The position numbers and the translations under genes are program-made. This document shows positions 1 to 12,900 of a stretch of DNA of 64,000 nt, one piece after another. Below the pieces are notes generated by a model. The model made no database searches. It saw only the letters and a program-made list of their open reading frames with translations, and had not been told where the DNA came from. The DNA lies in NCBI RefSeq assembly GCF_018350175.1, contig NC_058368.1:235230001-235294000 (forward strand), read 5' to 3'. This stretch comes from Felis catus (taxonomy: Eukaryota). Numbering within the stretch: position 1 is the stretch's first letter; every line of letters begins with the position of its first letter.

Positions 1-274
1 ATGACACGGAGGTTTCATTTCAGAGGGGACCTTATAAAGTCCTCTGCAGCCTGAAGTCTCCAAGCCCATGCCCGGCCCTTCATTGTTCTGTGTGTCTCTC
101 AGGACTTTGTGCCTTTGTAATTCTATTATGTTGTGCTACGGACACTTCACGTGCGATCTGCCCTCTGAAGCTGGCAAGTGGATGGCACTGTATGGTTGAC
201 GGTGGGCCCAGGGTTGCACAGGTGACCTCCAGAGCTTGTTCATCACGTGCAGCTGGAACTTATGCCCACTGATG

Positions 275-965
275 AGTAACTCCCCATTTCCCCTCCCCAG
301 CCCCTAGCCATCATCCCACTCCTTGATTCTATGAATCTACTTTCGATGGGTCATTTAGGTGGAACCATGCAGCATTTATCTTCCCGTACCTGGCTATTTT
401 TTTAATGTTTATTTATTGATTTTGAGAGAGACAGAGAGAGAGAGCAAGCGAGCAGGGGAGGGGCAGAGAGAGAGGGAGAGGGAGAATGCCAAGCAGGCTC
501 TGCGCATTGTCAGCACAGAGCCCGATGCGGGGCTTGAACTCACAAACCATGAGACTGTGGACCTGAGCCAAAACCAAGAGTCAGATGCTTCATGGACTGA
601 GCCACCCGGGCGCTCCATAACTGGCCGGTTTAATTCAGCATAATGTCGCCAAGGTTATCAATGTTGCCTCCCGTTGCAGAATCCCCTTCTTTCGTAAGGC
701 TGAACCAGTATTCCACTGGACAGACAGATCGCATTTCTGAAGCCCGTTTCTCTGTGGGTGGGCATTTGGGTTGTTTCCACATCTTGACTTCTGTGAGTAA
801 TGGTGGTGCTAATGTCTGTTTGAGATCCTCCTTTCAATTCTTTTGGAAAATAACCAGGAGTGGAATTACTAGATCATATGCTGACTCTATTTTTAATTTT
901 GTGAGGAACCTGCATACTGTTTTCCACAGTGGCTGCACCAGTTTGCATTCCCCCCAGTGGTGCTC
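275..965 (-). mobile_element. Old LINE-1 (L1MA/L1MB-like) 3' fragment, interrupted by a SINE
   Basis: Reverse-strand L1 3' text, e.g. 'gtgaggaacctgcatactgttttccacagtggctgcaccagtttgcattccccccagtgg' and 'ggaattactagatcatatg'. Confidence 0.85.
397..616 (-). mobile_element. Can-SINE (older SINEC subfamily)
   Basis: Poly-T/tttatttatt tail, (GA)n tract, tRNA-derived head ending 'gactgagccacccgggcgctcc'. Confidence 0.95.
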
Positions 966-1424
966 AAGGGCACCGATTTCAAGGATAATACCACAGTGCC
1001 TGGGGGTTGACAGGGGGATGTGAGACAGGGCAAAACCTAAAACCTCTGACTTTAGTCTAGACTTTTCCCGAGGTCAGCATCTGAAAGTGGGGGAAGAAAG
1101 CTGGGGGTACATGACACACGGAATATACAATATACATTCTAAATAAAATAAACTCCTTATTCCAAACAAAGCCAGCAGTGACATGAAATCAGTCACTCCA
1201 CGGGCCTGTATGGTGCCCGAACCCTGGCCGGGGCTCAGTAAGGAGGACACACAGCAGTGTTGACATGTCTGGTTGCGATCACTGCTGAGTCACTTTTAGC
1301 CACTTTGTAGATCCCAAGGACGAGGGGCAATGTGACCAAGGGGTTGCCAACAGCCTAACTACTGTCCCATAACAACAGGAGAAAGATGCTAATCCAAGTA
1401 TATAGGAATTTTTAATATTTCAGT

Positions 1425-1770
1425 CTCTTTTTTCATATTTTGGAACATTTTAAATATGCAAAAAGTAGGAAAAAAGATAGCCAATACCCATTTACACATC
1501 ACTCTTAAGAAATGTTGAAATGTTGATGAGTTACAAGAATTATTTCAGGTTTTGTTTAAAAATCTATAGATTTGCCACCAGCTTTTATAAGTCACCATTT
1601 TTAAAAGTCACTGTTTTTCTGAAATTTATGTTTATCATTCATGACAGGGGAGATTTTATTGTACATGTTCACGTGCACAAATAATAGTGATCTTGTGTGA
1701 TGTTAAATTTACGTGAACAGCAAATTATTCTGAATGTTCCTTTGCAACATTTTCCCCATGTTCCAGCAGG
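1425..1770 (-). mobile_element. Very old L1ME-like 3' end fragment
   Basis: AT-rich text resembling the L1ME 3' terminus ('ttttggaacattttaaatatgcaaaaagtagg...'); highly degenerate. Confidence 0.5.
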
Positions 1771-1784
1771 ATAGAAAATTATTT

Positions 1785-2315
1785 TTTTCTTTTTTCTTTA
1801 ATTAAAAATTTTGCCCACCTTCCGCCCCCTGCCTCAGGCAACCACCAATCTGTTCTCTATATTTATGAATTTGGTTCGTTGGTTTTTTTTTTTCAGATTC
1901 CACATATAAGGAGATCATATGGTATTTGTCTTTCTGTGTCTGGCTTATTTCATTAAGCATGACACCCTCAAGGTCCATCCATGCTGTTGCAAATGGCAAG
2001 ATTCCCTTCTTTTTATGGCTGAGTAATATTTCATTATCTATACATATATATGTATAGATATACATGCATATATATATATATATATGGCCCATTGTCTTTA
2101 TCCACTTTATTCACTCAACCATGTTCAACCTAACCATGGACACTTAGGTCGCTTTCATTCTTGGCCGTTGTAGATAATGCTGAAATAAATAGGGGGATGT
2201 AGATATCTTTTCGTGTTAGTGATTTTGTTTCCTTCAGATAAGCACCCAGAAGTGTAACTGCTGGATCATATAGTAGTTCTGCATTGAATTTTTTTTGAGA
2301 AAACTCCATACCATT

Positions 2316-2320
<5 letters not shown>
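1785..2320 (-). mobile_element. LINE-1 3' end (L1MA/L1_Carn-like)
   Basis: Minus-strand ORFs give ORF2 C-terminal peptides 'ILPFATAWMDLEGVMLNEISQTQKDKYHMISL' and 'ELLYDPAVTLLG'. Confidence 0.9.

Positions 2321-2352
<32 letters not shown>
2320..2352. repeat. (TG)n microsatellite
   Basis: Direct reading, about 16 units. Confidence 0.97.
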
Positions 2353-2356
<4 letters not shown>

Positions 2357-2389
2357 CATGCATACATACATACCTATATTTTATATAGA

Positions 2390-3345
2390 TTTATTTTACT
2401 TCTCATTTTACATTTATTCATTACTGAACTTCATTTGCTAATGTATTATTTACGGTGTTTAAATCTGTGATCCTGGGTGATACTAGCCTGTGCTTCTTAC
2501 TCATACTCTCCGTGTTTCAATTACTAAGGGGGCTACACTGGTCTTACAAAAGGAGTTGAGATGGTTTCCTGCTCTTTTAGTGTCTTGGAAAAGTTTGCAC
2601 ATGATAGGAGTTACCTAATTCATGAAGGTTTGGTAAATCACCAGGAAAGTCATCTGTCCCTGATGTATTTTTGTGGTAATTTTGAGAGTAATCCCGGGCT
2701 TAAACAGATTTTTGCATTTTGTGTGTGTCAGTTGCAATATCTTTTTTTTTTCCAACAAATTGTTATTGGCATAATATTTTCTCTTGTATCGGCTTCTAAT
2801 TTTTAAGGTCTGTTCTATCTTTAGCTACTTCCCTATTTTTACTCTTAATATTGATTTATGTTCATCAGGTCTTGATTGGTTTTGCCTGAGATTAGTCAAT
2901 GTTCAAACATTCTTTGTAAGGCATAAGATTTTTATGGTTGTTGTTGACCTTATATATTGTATATTTCATTAATTTCTTCTCTTATTGTTATTATTTCTTT
3001 AATTTACGCCACTATTTTTTCTCTATTGAAACTTGATTTCAATACTTGGGTCGTTCATTTTACATCTTTTTTCTTCCTGAATGATATATGGATTTAAGAC
3101 AGGAATAGGGTCTCTTGCAGGAATTTCCTAATTTACATTTTAAAAGTTTTAGTACATAACATTGCCATTATAGTTGGGTACCAAATTTCTTAAGTTTTAT
3201 TATGATTTCTTATCTGATCAATGAAATACATGAAAATGTTTTTAATGGTTGCTTCTAATGCATGGTTGTTTTTATCTGAGTATTATTTATTGATTTTGAA
3301 TTTTCATATCAGTGAAAGTCAGAGAATGTGTTTTCTACCATATCA
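2390..3345 (-). mobile_element. Degenerate old L1M ORF2 fragment
   Basis: T-rich text resembling antisense L1 ORF2 ('gatggtttcctgctcttttagtgtcttggaaaagtttg', 'ttattatgatttcttatctgatc'). Confidence 0.7.
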
Positions 3346-4779
3346 AAAAGACTTCAATATTCAGAAAATGACAGGATTATTGACAATCACAGCAATAATC
3401 TTCAAAGACCTTGAAACATACAGAGCAACATGAAATTTTCTAAAGGCTCAGCAGAAGTCTGATAGAACAAGTCACATCAGATGAACCTTAGAACCCATAG
3501 CAGGACAGAAGCTGTTGATGGAAGTCATTACTAGGAGCACTAGAATGATACCATATTAGAGGCAAACCATTTTAAATAATTATTTTCAATGCTCGCCTTT
3601 TAAAAAGTCTAAGGCTGAGAAATTCCAGAATAAAAGACTTCATTGTAATGCAGCTCCGACCAAGACAACATTTATCCTGAAGTTAAAGGATCTGAGATTA
3701 CGTCCAAAGTAAACTATTTACCAGTAGATAGGGTACCACCATCTGGACCATGTTCTGGCAGTGGGTGTGAACCGGGCACCTGAGTCTCCAGGCCCCATGA
3801 GTCTGGGACCGACACCCACATTTTGTGTTACAGTGAGCTGCTTGAACTGCAGGTAGACCAGCTGCCCCAGCAATGCCACAGCCTGTGACCATGTGAGGAA
3901 GAATCTGTATGATTGGCCATTTAAGGCCAAACCAGTGTAAGGACCACCCATGAAAACAGGGCCGTCTCCTCTCATGAACTTTAAGGTCATCTTCTCCCAT
4001 TTTCAGCACAGATCAGCTGCCTTACAAAGACAATGAGCATTCCTAGACTTCCCCAAAACAGATACAAAGAGACAGGGTTGACATTATCATAAGGGAAGAA
4101 AATATGACCTAAACATTTGTAAGGGGCAGAGCCATCCATCTTGCAGAAGGAAAGAGTGAGGAGGGTGAGGCTCTTCTTGGTCCACCGGCACAGGCATCAC
4201 TGGGTTGGTCCTGTGGGCACAGCCCCGTGTCTCCTCGTGGAGCTTACCCCATGTACCTGGGGCTGCCCAGCCAGCCATTGCAATGGCTGTTGTTCCATTG
4301 TCTGTTGTTCATCAAATCACAGTTCAGAAATGAGTTCGTGGGATAAGGTTAAAATCATAAAATTTGGTTGTACAGAACGGGTTATGTCTAGGAGCAAACA
4401 TTCTGGAAATACCTACATTTAAAATTTTGAATGTACATTGTACTTTACTATAAGGTGCTGCCTAAGTAAGCATATGAGACTAGGCAAGAGGAGGGTCGGA
4501 AATGGACTTGAAGGAGCCCCTTCCAGGAAACAACCGTTTCTTCTTTGTGCCATGAAATCCTCTAACAAGCCTGCATGTCTGTCCAAGGACCCCACTCACG
4601 CAAGAGGGCTGCATGCAATTACCCACGAACAGCCTCCGTATGAACTTGTTTCTCTGCCTCCAAAAGCCACCATTCCAGACCAATTCCGAAATTCAGATAA
4701 GCGTTAGCCAAATCTAAGGCCGAGATGTAGAAAATAAGGCCTCCCACACTCCCCCGGTGCTAAGATTCCCCGAATTTGC

Positions 4780-5110
4780 CTTTGCAAATGTAAGCAAGGT
4801 AAGGATTTCAAGATGAGATCATCCTGAATTAAGGTGGGCACTAGGCCAGGTGTCCTTACACCAGACAGACAAGGAGAAGATACAGAGAGGCAAAGGGCAT
4901 GTGACAGTGGAGGCAAGGACTGGCACCTGCAAGCCACGGCCTCCCAGCCATCTCCAGGAGTTGGGGACATTGTCCGTCACAGCCCTCAGAAGGGACCCAC
5001 CCTGCCCACACCTGAATCTTGGAGTTCTGGCCTCCAGAGCCATGAGAATAAGTTTCTGTTGTTTCAAGCAACCCACGTGCGGTCTTTGTTGTAGCGGCCA
5101 TAGAACACTG
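4780..5110 (+). mobile_element. ERVL-MaLR solo LTR (MLT1C-like), partial
   Basis: 'agatgagatcatcctgaattaaggtggg' ... 'ttctggcctccagagccatgagaataagtttctgttgtttcaagcaaccc'. Confidence 0.85.
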
Positions 5111-5359
5111 CGCACCATGCTTCCCCCTAAGGCACCTCCTGCCACCTGATTACACATGGCTTCCTCACATTAGCACCTGCCTCCTTCACACTCCTCTCCT
5201 CAGTGTGGAACAGAGTACATGGCGCATCCTGGGTGCACAGAAAATGCCCGGGAATGACCACCTTCACTGCCCTAGGCTCTGTTACACTAAAACGCCCTGT
5301 CCTCGAGCCTGCAGACCACAAAAGTGGCCCTTCCCCTTTATGGCAATCTAACCACGTGC

Positions 5360-5530
5360 CTGGGTATTTTGCAGAAAGTTCAGCACCTACGTTGTCCCTC
5401 TCGACAACTCAGAGCAGCTACTATTCTCCCCCTTCCATAGATGGGGAAATGGAGAAGCACGGCGGTCAGATACCCTAGCCAAAGTCTGAATCACATTAGC
5501 GCAGTTCCTGATCACGTGGCCTCCAATGCC
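5360..5530 (-). mobile_element. MIR fragment
   Basis: Core-like 'ccccttccatagatggggaaatggagaagcac'. Confidence 0.55.
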
Positions 5531-8181
5531 AGCTGGAGCCGATGACAGGATTAATGAGTTGGGTTTGTCACCCAGCGCTCAAGGCCCTTTCACCTGCCAC
5601 TTTGTTTTACACGGAATTTGCCTGGAGTGGGCACGATAGGAGAAGGACGGAGGCAAGGTCTGTGCGCTGCACCAGCAGGAGCCAAGGAGAGGTGATCAGA
5701 ATGGGAGCAATACTGCCCCCTCTTGACACCAGGTTGCTGACATCACTACAGGTGCATCAATCTGGACAGTCACTACAACAGGGCACAGAGCTTCTGCATA
5801 TAAAAGCATATACACCCTCTCTCAGTGCCTTCGTACCAGGGAGCTGTGGTCCGCCTTCCTGTCTGGGTCTTCCTGTGGAATCCCGCACTCCTTGCGAGTT
5901 TTTTTTTTTTTCATTATTGTGAATGTGTCAGACTCTATCTTATGTGTCGAAATCTCAAGACGACTAATGGGATCCATTGCAGCAAAATCAATGCCTTATG
6001 CATTGTTTGCACGTCATTTGTAGAGAGGCAGACGCTAAAACAAAGCATTAGCCAATATTCTTGATTAGATGATAGCCAGAGAGGTGGGAAAGTGTATTTT
6101 AATTTCCCTTCCTTTGGAGTTTCCAATCAGATAAGGAAAGGCTTGATCTGTCAAGCATGTGCGCCTCTACATCTCCGTTGGTTTGACCTTAAATCCCTAC
6201 TCACACATCGCTCTCTGTGTCTGTTGGGTGTCATGTGCCCTCAATGGTGCAGCTTTGACCACCATGCTGTCTGGATACACTGGGCTCCCAGCAGTGGCTC
6301 CGGAGGCAGCAGCCACAGTGTTCTCCAAATCAAAGAAAAGGGAGCCAAAAAGAAGAGTCAGGTGAACATTATCACGGACGTCTGAACTCCACACAGTCAT
6401 CAGTTTTCCTATTCTTATCAAAGCAATACAAACACCACTAATCTTTATTGATGTGTCCATGCAAAGCCCCGTTCCACCCCAGCCACAGGCTACAGAGCCT
6501 CTTCTCATCTCACGTGGATCAGGAGGATTCTTTTTGACCTTGCTCAGCAGGGACTAGCAAACAGATCTTGTGCCAGATGCCAACTCATAAATCAGCACCC
6601 CAAGGAAGCTGACACTGTAGGCCAACAGATCAAGTTGCCCCTAAGCTGGCACCACACCTGAAAATCTGTTCTGAGTTCCACACACCCAGGGCCCCTTTGG
6701 GACTGACTCGTGCTCCCTTTAAGCCCACTGTCCCCAGGCACACTGCAGAGCTCGACCCCTAGCGCTTCCCAAAACTTGGAGGAGCTGCTTGGGCACAGAC
6801 ACTGGACTGTGACTCAGTGGTCAGCAAGGGATGATTTGAGGACACTGGCTCTGCACGCACACTACCCAACAAAGGCCTGTCAACCAAACTATGCAGGTAA
6901 GAAGAGCTTCTTTGATTTTTAGACCAAATCATCCTCCCCCATTGTCCAGTCCTTCATTCCGCTTAACATGGTCTTTAACGGCCAACACATCTTTTAGAGC
7001 AGAACACGGCGAGATGAGGACATGATTGCCGTGTGAACGGCTACTAGACATCTTTGTTCAGGAACTTCCCATTTCTTATTTCATCTACTCTCGGCAAACG
7101 AATCAAGTTATTTTTAAAAAGGATAATGAAGATTAAGTTTCTGACTTCAGCTGTTGAATGTTCAAGATGTCCCATGGATGGACAAGCCAATGACTGCTTA
7201 CCCACGTGAGCCTCTCCCAATGGCCCCACGTCTGACCTCCTCCTCCAGCGCTTGATGAGCCCTAGGCTCCTTCCATACTAAACACTGGCCTTAGGGCTTT
7301 CTCTCGCTGCTTATGAAAATCCCTCTCCTGAGCTCTCAGTTCTGTTGTTGTCCCCAGCTCTGTCACCTAGACATCATTGATGAGGGCAACACCCAGCTCT
7401 AACCTCACCTTGGTCTGCTCCTCTTTTTCACCTGGGAAGCATTAATGTTTTGAATCATTGGCTTCCTCAGAGTTCAGGCAAGGGGCCCCTCTGGATAAGC
7501 CAGAGGAAGTGACCCCTGGTCGGGGAGCTTCAAACACCAGCTGGCAGTAGCCATTTCATTTCTCTGAGTCTGTCACAACATGCAGTCCCCTGCCCACGGA
7601 GAGCCTAAACAGAAGGCATCTGCCTTTGCTCTAAGTGGGGGTCACAGTAGTTTCCATAGTGAGGTTTTGGACTCTTTCCAGACGGCCTTAATTTGTAAGG
7701 AAGGAGAACGTGCTCACGACCAGGAGAGCAAAGTCGCTGTGTGTCTGTTCGCCTTCCCCTCTCCATATGCGGCAATTCTGTCTTCCTCCCGTCGCCATTT
7801 CTGAGCCTCTGTGTCTCCATCGGTGAGTCTGTAGGCACCACCGTCCCCCACTTTCTTCTCTCCACACAGTGCCTACGCCTCCCTGTCCTGGGTCCCTCTG
7901 AGGGCTGCCCAACCCTGCAGAGCTGAGGTTATGAATGACCCACACGTACAGTGCATTTCTTCCCGCCCTGTGCTCCAAACCTTTCAATCATCTCCTTACA
8001 TTTAAAACCAAGGGCATAAATATGTGCATTTCCAGCTTTACTTCATAAATAGAATATTGGGCAGCCCTCAGTGGGGATGTCCAGGTGGCGCTAAGTGGCT
8101 GGAGCTGGAGGTTGGCCACCTGGTGTGTCTCATCCAGTGCAGATTGCGCCCCTCCCCCTGCCACAGTGGGCCACTGTGCTT

Positions 8182-8539
8182 TGTCACGGGTGGAATGCTT
8201 GGGTCCTCCCAACATTCATATGGTGAATTCGAATCCTCAGTGAGGCGGCATCTGGAGGTGGGTCCGGTGGGAGGCGAGCAGGGCATGGATGTGGAGCCCT
8301 CACGAGTGGGATCAGTCTTCTTACAGGAAGAACACAAGACTGGGTACTTCTCTTTCCACCCCGTGAGGACACAGTGAGAAGGTGTCGTCTGCTCCCTGGA
8401 AGAGAGCTGTCACCAGAACCTGACCATGCCAGCATCCCGCTCACCGACTTCTGGTTTCCAAAAAGGCGAGAAATAAGTGTCTGTTGTTTCTAAGCCCCCC
8501 TGACCACGGTGCTTTATTAGCGCAGCCTGAACTAAGACA
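8182..8539 (+). mobile_element. ERVL-MaLR solo LTR (MLT1A/MLT1A0-like), complete
   Basis: TG...CA termini, ~360 bp, 'gtgaggacacagtgagaaggtgtcgtctg', 'caccagaacctgaccatgccagc', ends 'gcagcctgaactaagaca'. Confidence 0.88.
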
Positions 8540-8584
8540 GTAATCAAGGAATCAACCAACTCACAAGGTGGGAACCCACTGAGA

Positions 8585-8695
8585 TCATCTGAGTTTTATA
8601 AAACACTGTTGCTCTGATTTATTTAATGGATCTGGGGTGCAGCCCGGGCATTTGGATTTTTAAAAGGTCCGCAGGGGATTTTAACAAGCAGACAA
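8585..8695. mobile_element. MER5-like hAT-Charlie MITE fragment
   Basis: 'tctgatttatttaatggatctggggtgcagcccgggcatttggatttttaaaag' resembles MER5A. Confidence 0.65.
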
Positions 8696-8922
8696 GAGCA
8701 TGCCTCATGGCCTTGAGGATTACTTCTTTCCCTGGACAGGAGTCATGTGGCCTCTTGGATCCTTTCTACTCTAAGACTCCACTATTGTCTAATTTTTTCC
8801 CTGTAGTCTGTTGGGTACCTTAAGAGAAAAAAAAAAAGTTACCCTGCATACTTTAATTCATGCTTTGCATTTTAATTTTAGTTCAAAGAAGCCTTGAAAA
8901 AAGTGGATCGCAAACTATTCCC

Positions 8923-9090
8923 TTTTTTGCCAGCCTTATTGAGATATACCTGACATATAGCATTGTGAAAGATTAAGGTGCACAGTGTGTTGATTTGATA
9001 TTCTTACATATTGCAAAATGATTACCACCACAGGTAACAGCTCCATCACCTCACATAATTATCATTTCTTTTTTGAGGTGAAAATGTAAT
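8923..9090 (-). mobile_element. L1MA/L1MB-like extreme 3' end fragment
   Basis: 'cagccttattgagatatacctgacatatagcattgtgaaagattaaggtgcacagtgtgttgatttgatatt...gaaaatgattaccac'. Confidence 0.75.
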
Positions 9091-9464
9091 TCTTTTTGAA
9101 CTTCTCTGGTTAAAAAGAAAAAGAAATCACTGGTGAGATTAAAGCCCCAAGCAAGTAGAAGTAGCATTTTTATTGCAATGGTAGCCCTGGATTGCCAGTT
9201 TGGGATGGATGAGTTGAAGGGGAGGGAGAAGAATTTCTTGCATCTTGAGGTAGTTACTGTCAATAGTGGCTGGAATTTGTAACATTGAACAGCCAGGTAG
9301 AGCTTTCTTTACATGGGGGGGAAAAACGCTCCATTGGACAGTGACAATGGGACAGCAAGTGACAGGTGGAGCAGACTTAAAGAAGACATTTATGGTTAAA
9401 TGATGGATAAGTGGCTCTCGGTGGGTCATCTCATCTCTCCACACACCACCACCAAGATAAGGAC

Positions 9465-9580
9465 ACTAGAATTACTCCCAAATGGCAAATGAGGAAACAG
9501 AGGTTTCTTGAGAGGTTAAGTAATTTGCCCAGGATGACACAGGCAGGAAGGGACAGAACTAAGACCGGCCCTCCCAAATG
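9465..9580 (-). mobile_element. MIR core fragment
   Basis: 'gcaaatgaggaaacagaggtttcttgagaggttaagtaatttgcccaggatgacacag'. Confidence 0.85.
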
Positions 9581-10599
9581 ATGGGCTTTGGACAACTGAG
9601 CTCCCCCATCGGCCTGGGGAGGATGAAGAGAGAGCTGGACAGAAGTCCTTGCGCCCAACAAGCCACCCAGCTGGCATCACTCAGTTCCACCTGCTAGCCA
9701 GGGCCATGACAGGAGGAAGCATGCCAAAATGGATTTCAGGGACAAGCGAAGGGCAGAGTCCATAGGGAGAGAAGCCAGCTATGTTCACAGGATGCATTTG
9801 TCCCCCTACCAGGTCAGGATGGCTTGTTTACAGTCCATCCCCTACTTTTAGCAGGATGAGTTCTTCATGGAGAAAGACTCCTTCCACTAGCACTTAGCTG
9901 CCCCTGCCTTGCGGGCTGCTGAAAGCTGCCTTCACACAGATGGCTCTGCCTGCCTCCTCTCAGCATCGCTCTGTGCTTAGTACCAGAAGTCTGAGCGGTA
10001 GCCAATGGCCATCACGTACCACCTGGACACCCCCTGGCTCATCCTGAAATCCAGCCATCTGCATGGCCCACTCATGCCTCCAAACGCACCCTGCAGTGAG
10101 CATGGTGAGGGGACGTGGTGGCCTGCCCCCCACCTTGCCCTGGATGAAGCAACTACTCGACCACTGTGTCTTCAGAGACAAGGCTAAACATGTGACACCA
10201 GATGACGACACTTCTGATAGAAGGTGTTGCTTCTCAACATATGGTTGGCAAGTACAGCACAAGGAGCTTTAGAGGACACGGTGAGCTGCCCGCAGACACT
10301 GTCTGGGTCTTTGCACAGTAATCAATTAGAAGGATGCAAGGAGTACACGGTTAAAATATAATGGATGTAGGCACAGCCTGGCGACCTATCTATCCCTTGT
10401 GGTGGTGATTCAGGAGAGCAGATGGGAATTTCCATATAACGAGTAAACCCCGTCCATGTTAGGGAAACTTACTGGGGATGCTTGGGACCCAGGTTGCCTC
10501 TAGGAAGCCAGTAGGAGATGAAGCAAAAAGGTCAGCAGAGCCCAGAGCATGAGACCCCGTGTGCCCATGGTATTCCACTCGTTCATTCCTCGGTCTTCT

Positions 10600-10790
10600 C
10601 TTCTGGTTTTGCATGAGTGCTTTCTGTGATGTGACCATCACACTTGTCATACTCCAGTGCTATCTCCAGTTCCTCCCTCCCTCAGATCTGAGTATCTTAG
10701 GTCAGGGAAAGAACTGTCACTGATCACCTAGTATGTGAACCGAGCCCCACAAGACCACATAACATATTTGGTTTGGGTTTTTGAACAACC
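10600..10790 (+). mobile_element. L2 3' fragment
   Basis: Weak similarity to the L2 3' end ('ctcagatctgagtatcttaggtcagggaaagaactgtc'). Confidence 0.4.
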
Positions 10791-11395
10791 CCCTTTGTTA
10801 ATCTCGGCAAGCCAGATGAACCATTTCTGTGGAAGGTCGGGTAGGAAGCTCATGACTGTGCTTCAGACAAGGAGCCCTTTACAGAAAACTTCACTCTGCC
10901 AACCACCCCACTCTTCCACTCCCTGGGCGCCAGCCCTCCTAATCACTCCCAGGTCCACATGGGCTTTTGGGGTGTGAATATGCATCACTACTATGTGATC
11001 AACTACTGATCGTTCTTGATCCCAGTCATCTTGTGGGGAATTAAGATAATCATGGATTTTTTTCAGTCACTATTGTGTTTATGTCCTTCTAGCTCCCTCA
11101 TGCATAAGAGTGGCATGAGAGTAGTAATGAAAATAGGACAGGTTTTCAGTGAATCGTGCCCCCCACAGCTAGTGCTCTCCTGAGTTCAGACTGTGTTAAA
11201 CCACTTTTCACAGACACAAGCACTGACTGAGTGTGGGGCGGTTACTGGATTTGGGAGGGAAAAGTGACATCTCTGGGGACAGATGTGATTTCCATTCAGA
11301 GAAAGAGAGAAACAAGTCCCATTATAGCACATTTGTTAATCTCTTGACTGAAATTAAATTCTAAAAGGGCATCATGTGCTCCTGTGGGCTTACTG

Positions 11396-11398
<3 letters not shown>

Positions 11399-11437
<39 letters not shown>
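11399..11437. repeat. (CA)n microsatellite
   Basis: Direct reading, about 19 units. Confidence 0.97.
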
Positions 11438-11441
<4 letters not shown>

Positions 11442-11849
11442 ACCACACCTCATCTCGTAACTATCCTTTTTAAAGTCCAATTGTAAAGCTTTATCCAAAG
11501 ATAGCAAAGGTGGGAAAACTGAGCTCTGAGAACTTTATCAGAGCTCAGCTTTCCCAAATGGGTAATGGAGTTCAACCAATCTTTTTACTTAGGAAATTAG
11601 TAGAGTGTTGGGAATCTTCCCATAGGTGCTTAAAAAAACAAAAACAAACAAACAAACAAAAAACAGTTGACAACTTGGTATCCTGTTCAAGGTTGCAAAG
11701 TTCAACCTTCAGGGGGAAAAAACAAGCACCATAACCCCAACAAAAGACATGCTAACTTCCATAAATAACTGGCAGGTGGAGACCAAGGCAGCACCTAGGA
11801 CAGCTCCTCACCTCCCATTCTCTCCCCTCAACTTGGCACCACCTGACTT

Positions 11850-12700
11850 TCCATCTCCTCATCCACTGTTCACTGGACTGCAGCTCTCAGTCCTTCCTCT
11901 GACCAGTCCAGTGGCCTTTCCTTAGTCTTCACTCCCCAGCTTTAACACTTTCAGCAATGCCTCCTCTTGCAATCCTTTCCCACTGGGCTCCTCTACCACC
12001 ATTGTCACAGCATCCCTAACATCTGCACTTCCCCTAACTCTCCTCCTACAGTGCCCTCCTTTCAGTGGCTTCCCCCATCCAGCCCAACATCAGATCTAGA
12101 GATCCTACTACAGAATCTCATCCAGCCCAACATCAAATCTGAAAGCCCTACCATGAATCTCATCCAGCCCAACATCATATCTGGAGATCCTACCACAGAA
12201 TCTCATCCAGCCCAACATCAAATCTGAATGTCATACCATGGAATCTCTCTCATCATTAGTCCACACCCCACACTTTCTCTCTGTTCACTCCATCGATGTT
12301 GCATAAGCACACCTAATTCAATAGGCTGGATGTTGACCTTAACATTTCCCAATTAACTCTACTCTCTAATCCTTTCCAGTTTAACAGTTGAAAGAAACTT
12401 CCTCAAAAATTTGCTCTTATATTTTTATCCAGTTGTCTTTTGGATCTCTTTTAAAGTCTCTTCTATCTGCATTTCGCTTCCATTCGCACAGCCATATTCA
12501 TCACTCATGCACAGACTTTTGCAATTATATTCTGTCTCTATCCTCTTTCCCCTCCAGTTCACTTTTTATATGATTGCAAAACTAATCATTATGAACCTTG
12601 CTTTGAGCAAGTCGCCCTCTGCTGAACAACCACCAGCAACTGCTCTTTGCCTGTCAGATAATGTCTAACTCCTTACCGCGAACTCACTCCCGTCACATTA
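11850..12700 (+). mobile_element. Degenerate L2 ORF2 fragment containing a minisatellite
   Basis: C/T-rich text resembling L2 ('cctcctcttgcaatcctttcccactgggctcctctaccacc', 'tcaataggctggatg', 'cacagacttttgcaattatattct'). Confidence 0.6.
12076..12246. repeat. Minisatellite, 4 units of 42-43 bp with alternating A-B-A-B structure
   Basis: Units start at 12076, 12119, 12161 and 12204; each begins 'catccagcccaacatca' and ends 'gaatct'. Confidence 0.95.
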
Positions 12701-12724
12701 TTTTCTTTTCATTATTCCTTTCTT

Positions 12725-12900
12725 CATTCCTTTAGTGCCTGCCACATGCCAGGCACAGGGTTACATACAGGCTACTTATGATTTCACTGAATTATCACAA
12801 CAATCTGCCAAGGTTGGCGCTGATGTTCTATTTTGCAGATGAGGGAATGAGACACGGTAAAGCCAGGAGACGTCGGCGGTCACATGCATCGGACCCCACG
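12725..12900 (-). mobile_element. MIR fragment
   Basis: 'gtgcctgccacatgccaggcaca...cacaacaatctgccaagg...ctattttgcagatgagggaatgaga'. Confidence 0.75.

Noticed and set aside
4272..4289. 18-bp perfect palindrome cagccattgcaatggctg
   Set aside because: Roughly 0.25 such palindromes are expected by chance in 64 kb, and there is no supporting context.
3698..4422. Protein-looking short ORFs (e.g. 3718-3990 minus) as an endogenous viral or pseudogene fragment
   Set aside because: I recognise no motif or homolog and adjacent frames are closed. A TBLASTN or Dfam search would be needed, so no call is made.
5797..5806. TATA box 'catataaaag'
   Set aside because: An isolated motif with no downstream exon or CpG context.
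12076..12246. CRISPR-like repeat/spacer appearance
   Set aside because: The variable parts are homologous to each other, the context is mammalian, and there are no cas genes. It is a minisatellite.
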